Of a stretch of 64,000 bases of DNA, positions 43,121 to 53,800 are shown piece by piece. The notes under the pieces are model-generated. The model was not told the origin of the DNA. It did not search any database and saw nothing but the letters and a program-made list of their open reading frames with translations. The DNA is from Squalus acanthias (Eukaryota), in the NCBI GenBank assembly GCA_030390025.1, contig CM059440.1, positions 1,488,001 to 1,552,000 on the forward strand. Reading direction: 5' to 3'. How positions within the stretch are numbered: the first letter of the stretch is position 1; every line of letters begins with the position of its first letter. The position numbers and the translations under genes are program-made.

Positions 43121-43229
43121 CACAGCGGTGCAAACAGGCGAGTATTCACACAAAATCCCAAAAGAGCGCAGAGCTCCGCCTCAACGCACCCTTCTTTAGT
43201 CGTGTTATTTTGCAGGCATTTTAGAGCTA

Positions 43230-43595
43230 AGTCATAGATTCATAGCATGATAGGGCATAGAAGGAGGCCATTCGGACCTTCGTGCTTGTGCCGGCTCTTT
43301 CAAAGACCAATCAAATTGGTCCCACTCCCCTGCTCTTTCCCCATAGACCTGCAATTTTATGCAATTCCCTTTTGAAGGTTATTATTGAACCTGTTTCCAC
43401 CGCCCTTTCAGGCAGCGCATTCCAGATCACAGCAACTCGCTGTGAAAAAATTATCCTCATCTCGCCTTTGGTTCTTTTTCCAATTATCTTCAATCTGTGT
43501 CCTCTGGTGACAGACCCTCCTGCCACTGGAAACAGTTCCTCCTTATTTACTCTATCAAAACCCTTCATAATTATGAACACCTCTATTAAATCTAT
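43230..43595 (-). mobile_element. CR1 3' fragment just downstream of V6
   Basis: MKGFDRVNKEELFP...TRGH peptide; absent downstream of V1, V3 and V5. Confidence 0.85.
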
Positions 43596-43995
43596 GAAAA
43601 AGGTTTTTCATAATTGGTGAATGTAATTCAGTGATCAGACATCAAAAATCCAATAAGGACTTCCTCAAAGTCAGACACTACACCGAGTTCTAAGGATCAA
43701 AAACAGAAAATGCTGCGAACACTCAGCAGGTTAGTCAGCATCTGTGGAGAACAGGTGAGTTATTTTCTCAGAAACCTAGCGGAGCCCAGCAAGTTCCTTC
43801 CTCACCGGCTCCCAGGTTCACACTGTCAGGTGAGACAGCATTATCTTACTCTGCTTCCTCCACCTTGAGCATTATCTTACTCTGCTTGCTCCACCTTGAG
43901 TAGAGGGACCCTCTGCTCCAAAAGATCCCCCTTCTCTGTAGCTCCTCCAGAGTAACATCTTGGACTGTTCTGACGAAAGGTCATCAACCTGTAAC

Positions 43996-46900
43996 GGGCT
44001 GGATTTTGATACTGGGGCGGGTTGGGGTCGTGTTATCCGAATTCCATGTTATCCACACGACTCTCACGAGATGTGTGTAACAAATGCGATTTCCCCCTGA
44101 TTGGGCAATTGAGTTCCAGTGTGTGGGAACCCCTGGCCCAATTAGCTTTTCCAGTCTGAAAGTCGCCTCTGATTACGTCATCATTGCTGCTGCGTTTAAG
44201 GTCTACAAGAGGTCTTGCTTCCTTAGCAGACTGCCAACCTTCTGGCCTTTGTTCCTACATTGACCTGGAGGCATCATGTGTACCAACAAACCCAAGTCTG
44301 CTCCAAGATTCGAGGACGCCGCCCTGCAAGCCCTGATAGATGGAGCAAGAGATCATAAGGAGGTGCTCTTCCCTTCTTCAGGGAGAAAGAAGCCTCCTCA
44401 GCAAACAAAGGCTGTGTGGCTCCAGGTAGCCCAGGAGGTGACTTCTCTATCCTTGATCAACAGATCTTGGATTCAATGCCGCAAAAGATTTCATGACCTT
44501 GTGCGCACTGGAAAAGTGAGTATGACTTTCCCATCACCCTCAATCTGATGCCCTTTGCCTCTCCTCACCAGCACTCAGCTTTAGCAAGCTCTTCCTCCAC
44601 ATCCCACTTGACACTGACATCCCTGTACCATTACCCATTCCCTCTCTCTCTATGGTCACATTCACCTAACTATTCCACTATGCAGCCCTCACACTCCCTA
44701 TCACTGTCATGCTATGCAAACAACTTACAACACACAGGATGGGCCCTTGGTCTTGCCACCTCACTCCATCTTTGCCTCCTTATAAGCATCTATGAGATGG
44801 ATTCTATAAACTCTCTCCTTCATTCTCACTCAAACTCCACTTGTCTCCCTCATTGCAGGAAAAGAGAGCTCACAATAAGCATGAAAGAGCGAGGACAGGA
44901 GGAGGGCCACCCTCAGTAGCCCAGCTCACCACCTGGGAGGAGGCGGCCCTGGAGATCGTGGGACTCGATGATGATGCGCAAGTGGGGGACGGGCAGACGG
45001 GCGCAGCAGAGCAAGCCGGTGACAGAATAGTTGTTCATCTCTCTCATTGACATTGCATGAGTCGCTGATAATGATTCTGAAGCTCTAACAGTTGGACTTA
45101 TGATCATCTGCAATATGCACTGTGCATGTCACCTTGGCGTCACATCTCTGACTCTTTCCTTTACTCCCCCACAGGACCATCACAAGCACCCGTCCCCACC
45201 ATCCAGGAGGAACAGCCTGAGGCTCAAGACTCCCCAGAGGAAGCTGAAACCTCTGAGGGTGCAGCATCAGCACAATTCAGCCAGGCCAGCACCAGCACAG
45301 AGACTCATGCCTCAGTGGGACCCTCGCGAGATAGAGTAGTGTTGTCACCTGGTATATCACAGCTCACAAGTGAGCCTCAGCAGATGGTGGAGACAGGGAA
45401 AGCAGTGGAGAGTCCTCATCAGAGGGTGCAGGACTCTCCCAGCTCGGCTCAGCTGCATGTCGACCCTATGCCTCTAGGTCCATCCAGAAGAACAACGGTG
45501 CTGGAACTCCAGGAACAGATGCAGGAGTCTCTGGCAGGTTTTGTCTCCAGGGTCGCTGCGAGTGTGGAGTGAATGGAGGAGTCCATTGCGAACATGAGCA
45601 GAGCCTTTGTGGAGTCATTGGCACATGAACGCATCACCATGGAAAGGATGGCAACCTCCATGGAGGTGATAAGTTGCCAGAGTGCAGAAAACATGGTGAG
45701 TGTTCTGAATTGAATGACATCTCTGGAGGAACGATGGACATCTATTGAACAGAGAAACCAGACTTTCATGGAAGTCCTTCTGAGTAGGACTGCCAGTGCA
45801 GATACGGGTCCCCATGGCCCCCCTGATGTGTAGCAAAGTGCTCTCAAGCCACTTGCAAGCGCTGAGGTGGGCCTGACCCATGAGAGGGATGATGGTGGCA
45901 GAGAACAAGGAAGTGGGGGCTCCTCTCCAAGCGCTCACACTTCCATGCCACTGACAAGTCCTCGGTCAGAGCCCCACCAGAGTCCACACCCAACTGAGAT
46001 TGGCGTCTCAACCCCTGCACAGCCACAGGAGCAGCAGACTGTTGGCGAGCCCTCACAGGCTTGGCACCCCAGAGGACGCCCGCCCAAGGTGTTGAGACAG
46101 GAGCAGCAACAGAGTGAGCAAGGGGCCTCCACATCTGCTGATGCCAAGGGGGAACCACCACGTAGAAGCACGCATAAGAGAAAGAAACTGCACAAATAGT
46201 CACAAGGTTTGTCACTTGGGTGAAATGTTATGTTTAATTGTGATAAGCCATCAGTAGCTTCCTGTAAATAAAAAATCTGATGGCTACTGCTGCAGTTATG
46301 GCCTGTGTCATCTCGCTATTGGGACTTCCACATTGCGGGCTTAGGAGGAGTAGCAGTTGTCAGAATGATGGTCAGAGTGCTAGGAAGATGATGGGTCCTG
46401 GCCATTAACGATGCTGTGGCAAGAAGCTGCGAGGCACAAGTGGTTGCTTGGCTAGGCTAGGCAAATCTGGCCAAGATGAGTGCGTTCCTTGCGTCCCGGC
46501 CAGCAATGGTGTCGTGTATTGCCACCGTTGGTTGATGCACCTCTGCCAGATGTTCGTTTCCTCTCTCCTCCTCCACCTCCTCCTCTTCCTCATCCTCATC
46601 TGATGTCCAGGGGGAAAGGAACCGAATGGTTCCCATTCTTCTGGTAGATGCCTCAGTTGAGGAAGCGCTGAGTCAGGGTGGGGTGAGGGGTTTTCCAGGA
46701 GCTCATACTGGAGATTGGTGTCAGACTCCAAACTTCCACAACAATGAGTAGGCCTGCTAAAGTTTCCCCAGACCTGAAACAACTAAGTTCTGCCACCTGC
46801 AAATCATGATTGCTCCAAGCTACTCTTTAATGGTGGAGCTGCAGCTGAAAGCCAGCAAGCCAAGTGTGTACCCGCCAGGTTTCACCGTCGTGTTTCAGAG

Positions 46901-47165
46901 GAGGCGTGCATCACGTGGAAAACCGGTAAAAATCCGAAAGGCCTGTGAAAATGGCATTATGGAGCCAATTAGGAGCTTGTCAATGGCCTTAAGGGCCTAT
47001 CCCGCCTCTTGGAGGTGGGTCGGGAAATGGATCTGAAAACGCGTACCTGGGAAAATTCGGCGGAGGTGGGATGGGTGCGGGATCGGGCCCGCCCACCATT
47101 TTTTCCAATTTTAACCCCCCACACACCTCCAATCCCGCCTCAACGGCCCTATGAAAATCGAGCCC
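43996..47165 (+). mobile_element. Second Harbinger-type element, opposite orientation, Myb/SANT ORF from 44276
   Basis: TIRs GGGCTGGATTTTGAT / ATGAAAATCGAGCCC; collinear with 33278-36630; inserted into a Penelope-type repeat. Confidence 0.88.
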
Positions 47166-48119
47166 GTTAACTCTGTTTCTCTCTCCACAGAGGCTGCATG
47201 GCCTGCTGAGCATTTCCAGCACTTTCTGTTTTTATACCGGTGTATCTGTTCCCTTAATGATCTTGAATCCTGGAATATCTCATCTGAAGCTCCTTTTCTC
47301 CAGAGCAAAGGGGTTCAGGGGCCCAACAGCAGCAGCTTCCAATGATAGAAAGGGGTTCGCAGGAGAGTCGGGTCTTTTCTAACTTTGGACATTTCACCAC
47401 CTGGAGATGGAGCACCCGGATTCACTGAAGGCCTCCCGTGACTGGAGGGCACCGCAGGGACTGGAGGGCATTGTGGACACCTGGAAAAATATTGTGATTT
47501 AATTTGATAAGTTTCCTTTGTTTTTATTTAAATTTGGTATTTATTGTTTGTGTCCCTTTTAAAAAGGAGGCACTTTTGTTAAATTACTTTTGACTGATGA
47601 CACGGTCATGCTAATTGGCAATGGGGAAGAGTTGAACATTTCGCCAGATTTTGGGGTCGGGTAAAGGAAGCCTGCACAAATGTTTAACTGCACCTGTTCT
47701 GAACTTTGCTTCCTTGCTCAGAGGGCATTGAATCCAATGGCCGTTTATACCACTCCAGAGTGAGATCAGTATTATGAGGGAGCTGATGAAGAAATATCTC
47801 CACATTTATATAGCGCCTTTCACAACCTCAGGAGTCCCCAAAGCACTTTATAGCCAATGAAGTACTTGTGAAGTGAAGTCACTGTTGTAATCTAGAGAAA
47901 CTCGATAGCCAATTTGCGCACAGCAGGATCCCACAAATAGCAATGGGATAATGGCCAGATAATCTGTTTTAGTGACATTGATCAAGTGATAAATATTGAC
48001 CAGAACACCAAATATTTTACGTCCACCTGAGAGGGCAGACGGGGCTTCAGTTTAACACCTCATCCGAAAAATGGCACCTCTGACAGTGCAGCACTCCCTC
48101 AGCACTGCTCTGTAATGTC

Positions 48120-49015
48120 AACAACAACAGCAACTTGTATTTATATAGCACCTTTAACGTAGTAAAACGTCTCAGGGTGCTTCACAGGAGTATTATAAGA
48201 CAAAAAAATTGACATCAAGCCACATAAGGAGAATTTAGGGCAGGTGACCAAAAGCTTGGTCAAAGAGGTAGGTTTTAAGGAGCATCTTAAAGGAGCAAAG
48301 TGAGGCAGAGAGGTTTAGGCAGGGAATTCCTGAGCTTAGGGCTCAGGCAGCTGAAGGCACGGCCACCAATGGTTGAGCGATTATAATTAGGGATGCTCAA
48401 GAGGGCAGAATTAAAGGAGTGCAGATATCTGGGGGTTGTGGGGCTGGAGGAGATTACAGAGATAGGAAGGGGCAAAGTCATGGAGGGATTTGAAAACAAG
48501 GATTAGAATTTTGAAATTGAGGCGTTGCTTAACTGGGAGCCAATGTAGGTCAGCGAGCACGGGGTGATGGGTGAACGGGACTTGGTGCGAGTTAGGACAC
48601 GGGCAGCCGAGTTTTGGATGAGCTCAAGTTTACGTAGGGTAGAATGTGGGAGGCCAGCCAGGAGTGCGTTGGAATAGTCAAGTCTAGAGGTAACAAAGGC
48701 ATGGATGAGGGTTTCAGCAGCGGATGAGCTGAGGCAAGGGCGGAGACGGGCGATGTTACAGAGGTGGAAATAGGCGGTCTCAGTTATGCTGCAGAAATGT
48801 GGTCGGAAGCTCATTTCAGAGTCAAATATGACACCAAGGTTGCGAACAGTCTGGTCCCGCCTCAGACAGATGTTAGGGAGAGGGATGGAGTCAGTGGCTC
48901 GGGAACGGAGTTTGTGGTGGGGACCGAAAACAATGGCTTCGGTCTTCCCAATATTTAATTGGAGAAAATTTCTGCTCATCCAGAACTGAATGTCGGACAA
49001 GCAGTCTGACAATTT
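48120..49015 (-). mobile_element. L2-type LINE fragment
   Basis: WMSRNFLQLNIGKTEAI...LIHAFVTSRLDYSN peptide. Confidence 0.9.
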
Positions 49016-49582
49016 AGAGCTCGGGTCAGCCTAGACTATGTGCTCAAGTCCCTAGGATGGGGCTTGAACTCCTGACCTTCTGCCTCAGAGGTGAAAGTGA
49101 TGGCACTGAGCCCAGTCCAGCACCGAAGGTGAGGCCGGCGATAGTGTGACTGCAGTATCAATTATCTAGAAAGTGACAGCATTTAACAACGAAAGTGAAT
49201 TTTAAGCCTACAATTTCCAGGATTTTTTGTTCAATTTAAAGCCCTCAAGCTCTGGGCAGCTCGGTTTCTTCTGTCGCTCCAGAATAATTAGTGACCTTTG
49301 TGAATAGTTCTTACCGGCGTTTGATTTTTAAAGTATCTCCGTAAATGATGCCACAAATTATTGATCCTCAGTCAGTGTTTCCCAGCCCTCTCCACAGGGA
49401 ACGGTGTCATGGACAAGGTGTTACCGAGAGCGAGAGTGCTCCCACCTCAGAGGACAATGCCAACAGGGAAATGTCACAAAATGGAGAGGAGGAGAGGGGA
49501 GATGTGTAGCGAAGGGTGTGTAAAAGTTTTGATTCTTACGGAAATCGGCATTCAATGCAGTTGGAGCTCAGTGAGTCGCACT

Positions 49583-49656
49583 GGGTTTTGTACAAAGATA
49601 AAACAACGTGTGGGATCCACAGTGATATAAATGCTCACAGTCACCCGCCCAAAATG
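49583..49656 (+). other. D segment 1 (core TGGGATC, 49611-49617) with flanking RSSs
   Basis: 5' GGGTTTTGT-12bp-CAACGTG; 3' perfect CACAGTG (49618-49624). The 3' nonamer is ambiguous: ACAGTCACC at 12 bp or CCCAAAATG at 23 bp. Confidence 0.8.
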
Positions 49657-50023
49657 TCATGTCAGAGAATGGTGTTCCACAGTCAGTGCGAGAGCAATGT
49701 TTCTTGGGAGGAGTTTGGTTCTATTGGAGTGTGGAGATGATGAAGAGAAATGTGCAACTAGTTTCCCGTTAATGTGAAAGTATCTTAATCTAATCGAGTG
49801 CTGATTCTGCACCGTCTTAATCTCTGGCGAGTGATAGCTGTAAACATGTGGGATGTGTAAAGGAGTAATGATCGGCTGAATGAGAAATAAAACCTATATG
49901 TTTAACGCCTAGCCCCAATAATTACTGTAATATGGCGGTAGCTGGTGTTTTTAGAGCAAGCTTCGGAGTGGTTATGTGGAGGCCAAGGGATAAGATCCAT
50001 TTCTTTACGAGTGCCACGGTTTG

Positions 50024-50094
50024 CCTTTTTGTAAGAGGATGTGTTGCAGTGGGGGGCAACAGCAAGCACAGTGTAATAGCCCGTGACAAATTCA
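50024..50094 (+). other. D segment 2 (core GGGGGCAACAGCAAG, 50052-50066) with 12/12 RSSs
   Basis: 5' CCTTTTTGT-12bp-TGCAGTG; 3' CACAGTG-12bp-ACAAATTCA; open in all three frames (GGNSK, GATA, GQQQ). Confidence 0.85.
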
Positions 50095-50279
50095 GCAGGA
50101 GATTGGTCCCGATGGCAGCCGGAGAGCTTTGGTGTGAAGTGCCAGCGACCTTTGCTAGGACAACGTCCCCGCAGCCTTCGCTGTGATCCTGCTTTTTATT
50201 TCTGCCGCAGTCTCGGGTATCGGTGAGAATTGTGGCGTGGGTTCGGACGCTTGTTCCTCGCCACAGCTCTTTCAATAGA

Positions 50280-50318
50280 AGGTTTGGTGTTTGACAGCGA
50301 GATGTTCGCGACACCGTG
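50280..50318 (-). other. 23-spacer RSS of the J segment
   Basis: As read on +: AGGTTTGGT (50280-50288), 23 bp, CACCGTG (50312-50318). No acceptable 12-spacer alternative seen. Confidence 0.75.
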
Positions 50319-50361
50319 AAGCTCATCTTTGGAAGTGGAACCAGCCTGAAGGTCGTGGCAG
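50319..50361 (+). CDS. J segment KLIFGSGTSLKVVA
   Basis: FGxGT motif, G/GTAAGC donor at 50362, phase 1 compatible with the C exon. Confidence 0.93.
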
Positions 50362-51141
50362 GTAAGCGGAACGCACTGAATGACTCCTTTCCAGAATATG
50401 CAATGATTAAAATCCTTCAATTTTGCTATTTTTAGGACCAAGAATTTAAATGTTTAAACGTGTAGTTGTAAAAGAGAAAATGAGACAAGAAGAAAGATTA
50501 GCTGGATGGATGGGAAGCTGTCTCAGACTGTCTGATAGCGGATAGTGAACTAGACACTTTTAAAACAATCCCACAGACATATTGGAGACCCAATAACCTT
50601 ACTAGGGTTTCGGTTCATCCCTCGTTTCATGGATAACTGTGGAGTTCAAACCGTTGTCCAATTCCCAGTACCCTTTCTACACTGATCACTGTTGCTAAAT
50701 TATCATTTATAAAAGATCAGAGCATATTGTATGCATATTATTGAAAGTCATTACTGTTCTTCATTCGAGCCAATTATAAAAGGCAAAGCAGGTATTTAAG
50801 TTTGAGCTACATAATGCAAAAAGTCATTCCAAATAAAAGTTAATGTAAATGGATCACTAATGCAGCTGACACCATTATTCAATATTTAGCTGTAAAAATG
50901 AAAATGAGGAATTTGGTCGCAATGTTGAGCCAGGAAAGCCTGTATTGTGTCCAATTAAAGTTACCATTCTGGTACAGGACGGGTTTATTGTACCAAGAGC
51001 TGAGAAACACGGCGGAACGATCCAGAGCGAACGTGCCAGACCAGACTAAAGAGTGGAATTGATCACAGAGTGACCCCGGCTCCTGTTTTACTGAATTTGT
51101 TAAGTGCGACAAAATAATGATGTGTAAAATCAATTGCCAAA

Positions 51142-51522
51142 TGCTGAGAGTGAAAGGGAATGCTCCGGGCTGATGGTTCTCTGTGCTGAGAGTGAAAGGG
51201 AATGCTCCGGGCTGATGGTTCTCTGTGCTGAGAGTGAAAGGGAATGCTCCGGGCTGATGTTTCTCTGTGCTGAGAGTGAAAGGGAATGCTCCGGGCTGAT
51301 GGTTCTCTGTGCTGAGAGTGAAAGGGAATGCTCCGGGCTGATGGTTCTCTGTGCTGAGAGTGAAAGGGAATGCTCCGGGCTGATGGTTCTCTGTGCTGAG
51401 AGTGAAAGGGAATGCTCCGGGCTGATGGTTCTCTGTGCTGAGAGTGAAAGGGAATGCTCCGGGCTGATGGTTCTCTGTGCTGAGAGTGAAAGGGAATGCT
51501 CCGGGCTGATGGTTCTCTGTGC
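51142..51522 (+). repeat. Minisatellite, 9 x 42 bp (TGCTGAGAGTGAAAGGGAATGCTCCGGGCTGATGGTTCTCTG), in the J-C intron
   Basis: Direct tandem copies, one substitution seen. Confidence 0.97.
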
Positions 51523-51945
51523 GGGGTCGATGTTATACTATATTTGGAATTAGGATCAGTCTAAAACTTATGGCAAATTAGTAAACATTTAAAAAAGCGT
51601 CATCCAAATATTCAAGTCACTCTGAATAAATTCCCCAAAACAATCATCCGGCTGTGGAAACGAACTGTTTCAATAAACAACCTGTATACACAAAGTCAGT
51701 TTAAAATAAGGATATCACAAACAGGAACATGGTCTCAAACCAACGTACAAAATACAATAACCAACCTCTTTCTTTAATAACATAAAAATGAGAAGTCGCA
51801 CAACACCAGGTTATAGTCCAACAGTTTTATTTGAAATTACGAGCTTTCGGAGCTCTGCTCCTTCGTCAGGTACAGTGAGGACATATGGAGCGGGCGTTGT
51901 TGTAAAGTCTATGTTGGGCTGTGTGTTGAAGTCCATGTTGGGCTC

Positions 51946-53375
51946 TGTCTTGCTACAATTGTACAGGGCCTTGGTGAGACCACACCTGGAGTACTGTGCA
52001 CTGTTTTGGTCTCCTTATCTAAGGAACGATATACTTGCCTTGGAGGTGGTGCAACGAAGGTTCACTAGATTGATTCCTGGGATGAGAGGGCTGTCCTATG
52101 ATGAGAGATTGTGTAGAATGGGCCTGTACTCTCTGGAGTTTAGAAGAATGAGAGGTGATCTCATTGAAACATACAAGATTCTTGAAGCCTCTTTGAGTTG
52201 TGAGGAGGCTGCAAAAAGGCTTCAAGGCGATTTAGACAAGTTGAGTGAGTGGGCAAATACATGGCAGATGCAGTATAACGTGGATAAATGTGAAGTTATC
52301 CACTTCGGTAGGAAAAACAGAAAGGTAGAGTATTATTTAAATGGTGCTAGATTGGGAAATGCTGATGTACAAACGGACCTGGGTGTCCTTGTACACCAGT
52401 CACTAAAAGCAAACATGCAGGTGCAGCAAGCAGTTAGGAAGGCAAATGGTATGTTGGCCTTCATTGCAAGAGGATTTGAGTACAGGAGCAAGGATGTCTT
52501 ACTACAGTTGTACAGGGCCTTGGTGAGACCACACCTGGAGTACTGTGTGCAGTTTTGGTCTCCTTACCTAAGAAAGGATATACTTGCCATAGAGGGAGTG
52601 CAGCGAAGGTTCACCAGACTGATTCCTGGGATGGCAGGACTGTCGTATGAGGGTCGACTAGGCCTGTATTCACTAGAGTTTAGAAGAATGAGAGGGGATC
52701 TCATTGAAACGTATAAAATTCTGACAGGGCTAGACAGACTGGATGCAGGGAGGATGTTTCCCCTGGCTGGGGGGGGGGGTTTGAGAACGAGGGGTCGCAG
52801 TCTCAGGATACGGGGTAGGACATTTAGGACTGAGATGAGGAGAAATTTCTTCACTCAGAGGGTGGTGAACCTATGGAATTCTCTACCACAGAAGGCTGTG
52901 GAGGCCAAGTAACTGAATATATTTAAGAAGGAGATAGATAGATTTCTAGACACAAAAGGCATCAAAGGATATGGCAGAGAGCGGGAATATGGTATTGAGA
53001 TAGAGGATCAGCCATGATCATATTGAATGGCGGAGCAGGCTCGAAGGGCCAAATGGCCTACTCCTGCCCCTATTTTTCTATGTTTCTATGTTTCTATTCT
53101 GAAGGGGATTGACAGGGTAAATGCTGAGAGGTTGTTTCCCCGGGCTGGAGTGTGAATCTTTGGACTTCTCTCCCCCAGAGGGCTGTGAATGCTTAGTCTT
53201 TGAGTATATTCAAGTCTGACATAGATAGATTTTTGGACTCTAGGGAATCAAAGGATATGGAGATCGGGCGGGAAAGTGGAGTTGAGGTCGATGATTAGCC
53301 ATGATCTTATTGAATGGCGGAGCAGGCTCGAGAGGCCGTATGGTCTACTCCTGCTCCTATTTCTTATGTTCTTAT
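51946..53375 (+). mobile_element. Composite/nested CR1 3' fragments
   Basis: LYRALVRPHLEYC occurs twice; two (TTCTATG)-type tails. Confidence 0.9.
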
Positions 53376-53800
53376 GATGTCTATGTTGGGCTGTGTTGTA
53401 GTCTATGTTGGGCTGTGTTGATGTCTATGTTGGGCTGTGTTGATGTCTATGTTGGGCTGTGTTGATGTCTATGTTGGGCTGTGTGTTGATGTCTATGTTG
53501 GGCTGTGTTGATGTCTATGTTGGGCTGTGTGTTGATGTCTATGTTGGGCTGTGTGTTGATGTCTATGTTGGGCTGTGTGTTGATGTCTATGTTGGGCTGT
53601 GTGTTGATGTCTATGTTGGGCTGTGTGTTGATGTCTATGTTGGGTTGTGTTGATGTCTATGTTGGGCTGTGTTGATGTCTATGAAGGGCTGTGTGTTGAT
53701 GTCTATGTTGGGCTGTGTGTTGATGTCTATGTTGGGCTGTGTGTTGATGTCTATGTTGGGCTGTGTGTTGATGTTTATGTTGGGCTGTGTGTTGTAGTCT
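53376..53800 (+). repeat. Minisatellite with 21-23 bp unit GATGTCTATGTTGGGCTGTGT(GT)T
   Basis: About 19 tandem copies; two more units at about 51905-51945 on the other side of the CR1. Confidence 0.95.

Larger units (their letters stand above)
8295..43975 (+). repeat. Tandem segmental duplications of a roughly 10-12.4 kb V(A)+V(B) cassette (units start near 8295, 19880, 32310, 42320)
   Basis: Long near-identical blocks, e.g. 13172/25611, 15341/27775, 17537/29959, 19208/31635; 7640-8580 repeated at about 41525-42600. Confidence 0.92.

Noticed and set aside
50190-50260. Possible second J or RSS inside the D2-J interval
   Set aside because: No FGxG motif, no donor site, and heptamer-nonamer spacing does not fit 12 or 23.
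51134-51553. 139-aa repetitive ORF or CRISPR-like array
   Set aside because: Pure tandem 42-mer with no spacers; the ORF is a by-product of a unit length divisible by 3.
51788-52912. 374-aa ORF as a host gene
   Set aside because: Chance fusion of a Penelope repeat, minisatellite units and two CR1 ORF2 fragments.
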